From the NCBI GenBank assembly GCA_045401155.1, contig CP174360.1, positions 310,769-374,768 on the forward strand: a stretch of DNA of 64,000 nucleotides. Direction: 5' to 3'. The position numbers were made by a program, and so were the translations under genes. The notes beneath the pieces were generated by a model. That model made no database searches, was not told the origin of the DNA, and saw only the letters and a program-made list of their open reading frames with translations. Source of the stretch: Candidatus Minusculum obligatum. GTDB taxonomy: Bacteria > Patescibacteriota > Minisyncoccia > Phycocordibacterales > Phycocordibacteraceae. Every line of letters starts with the position of its first letter. Position 1 is the first letter of the stretch. Below, piece after piece: positions 39,255-46,374 of the stretch.

Positions 39255-39980
39255 ATGGAAGAAAAAAAGAAAGAAGGGATGAATTTGGCAGTTCCGGGTG
39301 CGATTATGTTTGCTGGAATACTTATCGCTGGTGCACTAGTGTTCTCTTCACTGCAAAGCAGTGGGGGACAGCAAGTAGCTGAAGAGGCTCCACAAGACGC
39401 AGGGTCTCTTGACGCAATGGATCCAGTGTCAGAAAAAGATCACGTTCGAGGGAATCCAAATGCTCCAGTTATGATTGTTGAGTATTCAGACTATGAATGT
39501 CCTTTCTGTAAGCGCTTCCATGAGACCCTGAACCAGGTTATGGATACATATGGTGCTGAAGGAAAAGTTGCGTGGGTATATCGGCACTTTCCTCTTGACC
39601 AACTCCATCCAGTAAAAGCTCGGCAAGAAGCCGCAGCAGCAGAATGTGTTGCTGAAATTGGTGGAGATGACATGTTTTGGAGGTTCTCAGATAGATTCTT
39701 TGAACTTACGCCATCTAACAATCAAACCGACCTCACTGTGGTTCTTCCACAAATTTATTCTGAGTTAGGTCTTTCGCAGGCAAAGGTGGATGAGTGTGTT
39801 GCAAGTGGAAGGTATGATGATCATATTCAAGCTGAGTTTGAAAATGCTGTGGCAACTGGAGGTCGTGGTACGCCGTGGAGTATTCTGATAGCTGCAGACG
39901 GTACAAAGTACCCACTCTCTGGCGCACAACCTCTTAGTGCTATAAATCAGCTTATTGAACTTGGATTAGGAAACAACTAG
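39255..39980 (+). CDS. DsbA-like thiol:disulfide oxidoreductase, paralog 3
   Basis: TM anchor, CPFC, same architecture as the other two paralogs. Confidence 0.8.
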   Translation: MEEKKKEGMNLAVPGAIMFAGILIAGALVFSSLQSSGGQQVAEEAPQDAGSLDAMDPVSEKDHVRGNPNAPVMIVEYSDYECPFCKRFHETLNQVMDTYGAEGKVAWVYRHFPLDQLHPVKARQEAAAAECVAEIGGDDMFWRFSDRFFELTPSNNQTDLTVVLPQIYSELGLSQAKVDECVASGRYDDHIQAEFENAVATGGRGTPWSILIAADGTKYPLSGAQPLSAINQLIELGLGNN

Positions 39981-39984
39981 TCTT

Positions 39985-40506
39985 ATGGAGAAGCAAAGAA
40001 TATTCGCATATATTCTTATTGGAGCCATCATTTCTTTCATTGTTTTTTCTCTTGCTGTATTTCTTCCAAACCTTACTCTTGTATGGACGATAGCAAATTC
40101 TCCTGCTTTGTTAGGTGAAAAATTTGCACTGCTTGTGAGTTTATATGGTGCTATTGGAACAAACTTTACATTTCTTGCAGCGGGGTACACCATTTTGATG
40201 TCTCTCTTGTTTGGCTTAAATGTCGCACTGCTGATTTATCTTGTGCGTAGCAGGAGTGTTGGTGCTGTTGGTAAAAATGCCGCAGTTAGTATAGGGGGTC
40301 TTATAAGTGGAATACTGGGTGTTGGGTGTGCTGCTTGCGGCACATTTATTCTCTCAGCAATGCTTGGGCTTGTGGGTGCAGCGGGACTACTCGCGCTATT
40401 GCCACTTGGTGGAGAAGAGTTTGGAATAGTGGGAGTTATTTTGCTTGCCTATACAACATATGCACTGATCAAAAAAATTCGTGAACCAAATGTTTGCAGT
40501 GTTTAG
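39985..40506 (+). CDS. Membrane protein with intramembrane CAAC motif
   Basis: 4 TM helices, GVGCAACGTF in TM3. Possible DsbB/VKOR-analogous role is speculative. Confidence 0.45.
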   Translation: MEKQRIFAYILIGAIISFIVFSLAVFLPNLTLVWTIANSPALLGEKFALLVSLYGAIGTNFTFLAAGYTILMSLLFGLNVALLIYLVRSRSVGAVGKNAAVSIGGLISGILGVGCAACGTFILSAMLGLVGAAGLLALLPLGGEEFGIVGVILLAYTTYALIKKIREPNVCSV

Positions 40507-40515
40507 ATAATTAGT

Positions 40516-41001
40516 ATGGATATACTCATTATATTTCTTGGAAGCTATTTGCATTTCTTCATTATTGCAACAGCTTTATTAAGTGTTATTTTTGCATCTT
40601 CAAAAATACGTCTAGAATACATCTCTTTCTTAATTTTTGTTGGGCTGCTTGCTTATTTGTTAGGAGAGTTAGTTGGTATGGTTGTATATAATCCGCGACC
40701 TTTTGTTGTCTTGGATGTTGTTCCACTTATTCCTCATGATCCAACGAACGGATTTCCTTCTACGCATGCACTTGTTTCTATAAGCATTGCTTTTGCTGTG
40801 TTTATCTTTAACAAGAAACTTGGATTTATACTTTTCTTGTTTGGAATACTTGTTGGTGTTGGTCGTATTTTTGCTCAAATACACAGTGTTGAAGATGTTC
40901 TTGGGAGCATTGTTGTGTCGCTTGTAGCAGTATGTGCGGGGCTATTTGTTAAAAAGGTTTTTAGAAAACTCAAGGAGCAGAAGATTCTCATGAAATTTTA
41001 A
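40516..41001 (+). CDS. PAP2-superfamily phosphatase
   Basis: PAP2 motifs RPF, PSTH, GRIFAQIHSVEDV. Confidence 0.7.
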   Translation: MDILIIFLGSYLHFFIIATALLSVIFASSKIRLEYISFLIFVGLLAYLLGELVGMVVYNPRPFVVLDVVPLIPHDPTNGFPSTHALVSISIAFAVFIFNKKLGFILFLFGILVGVGRIFAQIHSVEDVLGSIVVSLVAVCAGLFVKKVFRKLKEQKILMKF

Positions 41002-41034
41002 TCTCTCTATGTAGAAATAGTGCAGTATAATATT

Positions 41035-41058
41035 AACGGCTCAGGCGGGTGAGCCGTT
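41035..41058. terminator. Terminator hairpin
   Basis: aacggctca-ggcggg-tgagccgtt. Confidence 0.6.
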
Positions 41059-41074
41059 TGGGAGAAAAAATCGC

Positions 41075-41392
41075 GCACAAATAGAAGTCCGTCATTTGCC
41101 CTTTCCCAAAAAATGGGGGCGCGGGAAAGGATAAAAGTGCAAAGAAGGATTCTATTTGTGCACGGCGAGCGGAGCGAGTCGTGCGGTGCGGAAAGTATGT
41201 GGAGATCACCTCGCGGAGGTGTATGTCTGATGTACCACCGGCTCTCGCCGTTCATTTCAGACTCCGTCTGAAATACATTCGGATTTCATCATATATACGG
41301 AGCCGGATAGTACAGAGTTCAGATTTTGGGAGATTTCCAAAATTCTGAAGGGGGAAATTCGCAAGGATTTCCCAGGGGGTTTTGAAGGAAGC
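41075..41392 (-). repeat. Y-core-X unit, copy D (inverted relative to copy C)
   Basis: Reverse complement matches Y over about 205 bp (palindrome at 41248-41282), core at 41298-41304, and X over about 90 bp. Confidence 0.85.
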
Positions 41393-41410
41393 AATATAGA
41401 CCAAAAGCTT

Positions 41411-42904
41411 ATGAGATTCTTTTTATACATACGCAAATCAACCGATGAGGATGATAGGCAGATATTGTCGCTTGAAGCGCAAGAATTTGAATTGAAGCAG
41501 TTGGCTTCGCAAGAGCAAATAGAGATAGTAGAGGTGTTTCGAGAGTCACAGACTGCAAAAGAACCAGGGCGGAAAGTTTTTAATGAAATGCTCTTGCGAA
41601 TAGAGAATGGGGAAGTTGATGGAATTCTATCGTGGCATCCGGATAGATTGGCACGCAATAGTGTAGATGGCGGACGTATTATTTATTTAGTGGATGCGGG
41701 GAAGATACAATTCCTCAAATTCCCAACATTCTGGTTTGAGCCAACGCCTCAAGGCAAATTCATGCTGAACATTGCTTTTGGTCAGTCGAAATATTTTGTT
41801 GATAATCTTTCAGAGAATACTCGTCGTGGACTTCGTCAAAAATTGCGCCGTGGCGAATGGCCGGGACCAGCACCCATTGGCTATCTAAACGATAAGTTAG
41901 GTCACACTATTGTGCTGGATCCCGAGCGTGCGCCACTTCTGCAGAAGTTGTTTGAGAAATATGCAGAGGGGAATTATTCTCTGAAAGATTTACAAAATAT
42001 TGCAAAGTCTATTGGCTTGTTTAGTAGGGGAGGAAAGGTGTTATCTGTTTCGCTTATTCAAAACATCCTCTCCAATCCTTTTTATTATGGAGTTATGAGA
42101 TATGGAGGAGAATTGTATGAAGCAAAACACGAGCCTTTGATTTCTAAGAAACTGTTTGATTCCATTCAGAAGATAATGGCTAGCAAGTCGAGACCTCGCA
42201 AACATGGAGAGGTAGAGTATCCACTGCGTGGATTATTTGAGTGTGGCGAGTGCTCGTGCGCCATTACTTCTGAAATGCAAAAAGGACATCATTATTATCG
42301 CTGCACGAAAAAGCGTGGCGCTTGCTCGCAAAAATATCTTCGAGAAGAGCTTTTGGTTGAGCAGGTTGATGATGTCCTTTCAAACGTTTCTATACCTGAT
42401 TCGTGGGCAGAGGAGATGCTCGTGAGATTGGATGAGGAGAAGGAGTCTGAGGAGAGAGAAACTTCTCTGTATGCTCAAAAATTAAGAGACGATATTGCAT
42501 CTTTTGATCTCAAGCTTGATGCACTTCTAGATACTTATTTAGAGAAAAGTATTTCAAAAGAGGAGTATCAGAGCAAAAAGCAAAAACTGTTAGATCAAAA
42601 GATAGATTTGCAGGAGAAATTAGACTCAATTTCGCATACAGGAAGTTTCTGGCTCGAACCGATGCGAAACTTAATTTTAGATAGTAAACAAGCCAAATAT
42701 ATTGCTTCACAAAAATCTCTCTTCGAGAAGAGAGATTTTTGCAAAAAGGTTGGCTCGAACCTTGTTTTAGTGGACAAACGAGTGTCCTTTTTCTTCAAAA
42801 CCCCCTGGGAAATCCTTGCGAATTTCCCCCTTCAGAATTTTGGAAATCTCCCAAAATCTGAACTCTGTACTATCCGGCTCCGCGGACAGGATTCGAACCT
42901 GTGA
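41411..42904 (+). CDS. Large serine recombinase (resolvase-domain integrase)
   Basis: N-terminal YIRKSTDEDDRQILSLEAQ with catalytic Ser. Recombinase domain, zinc ribbon CGECSCA...YYRC, coiled coil. ORF runs through repeat X and stops inside the tRNA 3' end. Confidence 0.85.
   Translation: MRFFLYIRKSTDEDDRQILSLEAQEFELKQLASQEQIEIVEVFRESQTAKEPGRKVFNEMLLRIENGEVDGILSWHPDRLARNSVDGGRIIYLVDAGKIQFLKFPTFWFEPTPQGKFMLNIAFGQSKYFVDNLSENTRRGLRQKLRRGEWPGPAPIGYLNDKLGHTIVLDPERAPLLQKLFEKYAEGNYSLKDLQNIAKSIGLFSRGGKVLSVSLIQNILSNPFYYGVMRYGGELYEAKHEPLISKKLFDSIQKIMASKSRPRKHGEVEYPLRGLFECGECSCAITSEMQKGHHYYRCTKKRGACSQKYLREELLVEQVDDVLSNVSIPDSWAEEMLVRLDEEKESEERETSLYAQKLRDDIASFDLKLDALLDTYLEKSISKEEYQSKKQKLLDQKIDLQEKLDSISHTGSFWLEPMRNLILDSKQAKYIASQKSLFEKRDFCKKVGSNLVLVDKRVSFFFKTPWEILANFPLQNFGNLPKSELCTIRLRGQDSNL
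42772..42890 (+). repeat. X repeat + core GGCTCCG, copy R, abutting the tRNA 3' end
   Basis: Identical to X in copy C. Inverted relative to X in copy D, so the recombinase gene is bracketed by roughly 100-bp inverted repeats. Confidence 0.85.
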
Positions 42905-43495
42905 CCTGCCGGTTACGCTTGATCCCACTATTTCTAGGGGTGCGGACTATATCATCACCCATCTTGCGATTAGGGTGGAAGGCGCTTCCCAAAGCTTTCG
43001 CTCCAGTACTCCCGTAAGGGATAGTCTCTGAACCTTCCTCGTGAGAGGCTTGGCTGCTGATTACCTGCAACATTACTTGCTAAGGCTTCCAGCAATTCAC
43101 CTTCTTTTCAACCTAAGTTTCCTTAGGAGGCTGCGTGGTGCCTGCGTGCAGTTCTGCGTGGCAATTTGCGCAAACAAGAATACATTTATCAAGTTCTTTT
43201 TGGATTTTCTCCCAAGAACGAGTTAGTCCTCTTGCTGATAATCCAAAATCTTTTTGCTTTGGATCTTTGTGATGAAAGGCAAGCGCTTGCTTACATTTTT
43301 TATATCCACAAATTTTGCATTTACCACCTCCGTATTCAAGAGCTTTGTTGCGAAGTTCCTTTCGTCGCTTTGCAACTGCCTTGCGGAGATATTCTGCACG
43401 GTCAGCGTATGTTCTTTTATCTGGCATACACATATGTAGTATACCAGAGGAACATGCGTTCACAGCCGGATGCTCTACCGCTGAGCTACCGCGGA
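42886..43495 (-). tRNA. tRNA (Asn-GUU if spliced by group I rules; His-GUG if co-linear) split by a ~538-nt anticodon-loop intron
   Basis: Exon 1 (43495..43462) is TCCGCGGTAGCTCAGCGGTAGAGCATCCGGCTGT. Exon 2 (42923..42886) is TAACCGGCAGGTCACAGGTTCGAATCCTGTCCGCGGAG. Acceptor stem is 7/7, D-arm and T-arm (GGTTCGAATCC) are canonical, discriminator is G. Confidence 0.75.
43113..43433 (-). CDS. Intron-encoded HNH homing endonuclease
   Basis: CKICGYKKCKQALAFHHKDPKQKD...CANCHAELH (HNH with two zinc knuckles). Lies wholly inside the tRNA intron. ORF-track N-terminal extension to 43571 rejected. Confidence 0.75.
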   Translation of the reverse strand: MCMPDKRTYADRAEYLRKAVAKRRKELRNKALEYGGGKCKICGYKKCKQALAFHHKDPKQKDFGLSARGLTRSWEKIQKELDKCILVCANCHAELHAGTTQPPKET

Positions 43496-43594
43496 ATATA
43501 AATACGCTCATGTGAAGCGTGAAGGCATTGTACCCAAAAAGGGTCATTTTGCAATGTGATATACTCACCAAATAGTAAGTAATGAATGTAATTT

Positions 43595-43837
43595 ATGATG
43601 ACGCTTTACGTGAAAACAGGATGTCCATTTTGCAAGAAAGTACGAGACTGTGTTGCAGAGATGGGTATTCAAGACATGATTGAAGAGAAGAATGTTGCGG
43701 ATGATGGAGTTGTAGATGAGTTGATTGAAAAAGGAGGGAAGAAGCAGGTTCCATACCTTATTGATGCAGAGAAGGGTGTAGAGATGTATGAGTCAGATGA
43801 TATCTGTAATTATCTGAAGGAGAATTACGGAAACTAG
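43595..43837 (+). CDS. Glutaredoxin/NrdH-like redoxin
   Basis: TLYVKTGCPFCKKV active site. Confidence 0.75.
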   Translation: MMTLYVKTGCPFCKKVRDCVAEMGIQDMIEEKNVADDGVVDELIEKGGKKQVPYLIDAEKGVEMYESDDICNYLKENYGN

Positions 43838-43842
43838 TACAT

Positions 43843-44064
43843 ATGTACGTAAAAGTTCGTGCCAAACCGGATGCGAAGAAGGAGTTGATCATTGAGATGG
43901 ATCGGTACGAACTTGCAATACATGTAAAGGAGCCGGCCAGGCAAAATATGGCAAATAGGCGTATTATTGAGATATTGGCGGAACGGTATGCTGTTCCAGC
44001 TCGGAGCATACAAATGCTCTCAGGATTCCGTTCCCCAAATAAAGTATTTTCAATTGATCCATGA
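43843..44064 (+). CDS. DUF167 (YggU-like) protein
   Basis: KVRAKPDAKKELI...VKEPARQNMANRRIIEILA. Confidence 0.6.
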   Translation: MYVKVRAKPDAKKELIIEMDRYELAIHVKEPARQNMANRRIIEILAERYAVPARSIQMLSGFRSPNKVFSIDP

Positions 44065-44426
44065 ATATCTTATTTAAGGGAACAAATTACACTATTACTC
44101 CAGAGATTGAGTCTCTGTGTACCTCAAAGATTACTTCTGCAACAAGAATGCTTGGTGCAGATCAGGAAAAAGCCCTAACTGAGGTTGAGTTAGAGCTTGT
44201 GGAAGAGCGCAAAAACAACAACGCAGTATATCGGGCCGAGGTAAATGTCTCACTTGATGGAAAGTTGTATCGTGCAGAGAGTACTCGTCGTTCAATGCAA
44301 AATGCTATTAGCGACGTAAAGAAAGAGCTCTCAAATGAGATTCGAAGAGACAGGGGGAAGGACAAGTCTCTTATGAAGCAGGGAGGTCGCGCAGTGAAAT
44401 CATTCTTGCGGGGCTTCGGGCGGTAG
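44061..44426 (+). CDS. hpf: Ribosome hibernation promoting factor / RaiA
   Basis: Typical HPF fold sequence TPEIESLCTSKI...YRAEVNVSLDGKLYRAES. Confidence 0.8.
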   Translation: MNILFKGTNYTITPEIESLCTSKITSATRMLGADQEKALTEVELELVEERKNNNAVYRAEVNVSLDGKLYRAESTRRSMQNAISDVKKELSNEIRRDRGKDKSLMKQGGRAVKSFLRGFGR

Positions 44427-45254
44427 AGGAAGAGTAAGTTCGCGATAGCGAACTTCTTTTTTACCCTCAGGAGTAACTTTTGTTGGAAGAAACACGCCTT
44501 TGTAGAAGGTTGCGTCATTTATTTTTATTCGTGTCCCATCTTGTGCAAAGAAGAATGTTCCAGGCCATGGGTGATATGCGCAGAATTTTAGGAAGTTCTG
44601 ATATGCGTCATTTTTAAAATCAATTTCTCCATCCCCTTTCTTTATTTTTGAAGTAAATGTTGCCTGCTCATGATCTTGTTCTTCGGGGGTGACTTCTTCT
44701 TTTACGGTTTTTTGCATTGCCTCAGCAAGTAATTCTCCTCCAAAAGCTGCAAGTACTGTGGTAAGTTCATTTTTTCGTATTGGCCAGGCAGGAAGCTCCT
44801 TGATCTTTTGAAATACAATCGGTCCGTGATCAAGCTCTTCATCCATTTGCATGATCGTTACCCCAACCTTTTTTTCATCTTCTAGAATTTGTCCTTCGAT
44901 AGGAGAGGCTCCACGGTACTTTGGAAGCATTGAAGGGTGTACATTAAGCGTTCCATATTTTGGAAGTTCGATAAGCTCTTTTTTAAGAATCTTTCCATAT
45001 GCTGCAACAACAAACATGTCGAAGTTTTTTTGTAGCTCCTCTGGAATTTCTTTAAGAGATTCTGGTTGAATATATGGGATACCTTTTTCCTCTGCGTATA
45101 CCTTTACGGCAGGAGGCGTCATCTCCATACCGCGTCCAGCTTTTTTGTCTGGTGCAGTAACAATAAGGGAGGGGGCAAGTCCTCGCTCTTCAAGCTCCTC
45201 AAGGATTCGTACGGCAAATGGAGGAGTGCCAAAGTATGCAAAATTAACGCTCAT
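44400..45254 (-). CDS. fmt: Methionyl-tRNA formyltransferase
   Basis: FGTPPFAV, NVHPSMLPKYRGASPI. Confidence 0.85.
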   Translation of the reverse strand: MSVNFAYFGTPPFAVRILEELEERGLAPSLIVTAPDKKAGRGMEMTPPAVKVYAEEKGIPYIQPESLKEIPEELQKNFDMFVVAAYGKILKKELIELPKYGTLNVHPSMLPKYRGASPIEGQILEDEKKVGVTIMQMDEELDHGPIVFQKIKELPAWPIRKNELTTVLAAFGGELLAEAMQKTVKEEVTPEEQDHEQATFTSKIKKGDGEIDFKNDAYQNFLKFCAYHPWPGTFFFAQDGTRIKINDATFYKGVFLPTKVTPEGKKEVRYRELTLPLPPEAPQE

Positions 45255-45750
45255 GTTGTTCTAGGTTTTCTGCATGATCAATAAACAAAATACCATCTAA
45301 ATGATCAATTTCATGCTGATATGCCTGCGCCAGGATTCCGCCTCCGCCACGAGTAAACCAGTTCCCATCAGCATCTTGTGCTTTTACAGTCGCGCGCTCG
45401 TATCTTTTTGTTGTCCCAAAAATCCCATCCACAGAAAGGCAGCCTTCAGGCATCTCAGTCTTCTTTCGAGATGTCTTAACAATAGTTGGATTTATAAAAA
45501 CACCAACCTCTGGCTCTGCTTCTTTTTCTTCTTGAGGAGGGAGCATTCGATCATATCGCACAATAAAAATACGATATGGAATTGCAATTTGTGGTGCAGC
45601 GAGTGCCACGCCATATTCTTTTGCATTAAGAGATGCTTCCATTTGGGCAAGCATGTCCTTTAGTTTGTCAGATCCAAAAAGGTCTGCGGGAACCTCTTTT
45701 GCAGTTTCTCGCAGCACCTCGTCTTCGCCTTCTTGTACAATCGGCTTCAT
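45244..45750 (-). CDS. def: Peptide deformylase
   Basis: EGCLSV and QHEIDHLDG motifs. def-fmt operon. Confidence 0.9.
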   Translation of the reverse strand: MKPIVQEGEDEVLRETAKEVPADLFGSDKLKDMLAQMEASLNAKEYGVALAAPQIAIPYRIFIVRYDRMLPPQEEKEAEPEVGVFINPTIVKTSRKKTEMPEGCLSVDGIFGTTKRYERATVKAQDADGNWFTRGGGGILAQAYQHEIDHLDGILFIDHAENLEQHER

Positions 45751-45762
45751 ATTTTGAGTATA

Positions 45763-46045
45763 AACAAAAAAGCCACCTATGCATAGGTGGCAAAAGGGCC
45801 AGGTGAGGTGACCAGAGAACTCGCGCTACCAAGGCGAGGGTTCAAAGGAAGCACGTGCTTCTGGCCACCTCGGGGCGCACAGGAGAAGTATATCATAGAA
45901 GAAAGGGCGGAAAACGTTGTGGAGGGCACACAGCGTTTTCCGCCCAGAGGCGAGCGCATCAGGCTCAGTCACGAAACCTTTGCGCTCGCGCGGTGCCCGT
46001 CTGCGGGGGGAGATTGCAAACGGGCGGCCTGGATCCATACTACGC
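45763..46045 (-). ncRNA. GC-rich structured RNA candidate ending in an intrinsic terminator (identity unresolved)
   Basis: About 58% GC over about 285 nt with no credible ORF. Minus strand ends with GCCACCTATGCATAGGTGGC + T6 at 45763-45791. Long internal stems such as ggcggaaaacg/cgttttccgcc. Confidence 0.45.
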
Positions 46046-46065
46046 CTTTAGGTTAGAATTGCAAT

Positions 46066-46353
46066 ATGGAGCACATTGGCGCAAATCTTCCAGAATTTAA
46101 ACAAGAAAAAACACGTAAGACAGAGCGGGGAGAGCTTATGGTGTATTTTTGTGCGAAATTAAATGCTTCAAGAGAAAAAGATGGATTAAAACCTCTTTCT
46201 ATGGGGCGTATGGGTATGCTTTTGCAGGGTATCCCTACGAAAGACCTCTATTATTTAAAAAGTATTTGTGAACAAGCAAAACACTTTTCTAAAAAGTTTT
46301 GGTGGGAAATTAATCCAAAAAATCACGACGGGAAGCAATTTGGACAGAAGTAA
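46066..46353 (+). CDS. Hypothetical protein
   Basis: 95-aa basic protein upstream of murA. Confidence 0.4.
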   Translation: MEHIGANLPEFKQEKTRKTERGELMVYFCAKLNASREKDGLKPLSMGRMGMLLQGIPTKDLYYLKSICEQAKHFSKKFWWEINPKNHDGKQFGQK

Positions 46354-46374
46354 AATACTGCGTACAATGGGTGT

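Noticed and set aside
42894-42912. tRNA-like T-arm readable on the plus strand (TTCGAA is palindromic)
   Set aside because: No matching 5' half on the plus strand, whereas the minus-strand reading gives a complete tRNA.
43113-43571. N-terminal extension of the HNH ORF across the tRNA 5' exon
   Set aside because: The extension would translate the tRNA exon. The HNH domain begins at the internal Met at 43433, inside the intron.
45787-46056. 89-aa ORF (GTG start) within the GC-rich putative ncRNA
   Set aside because: It starts inside the terminator hairpin, has no RBS, and a shadow ORF of similar length exists on the opposite strand.
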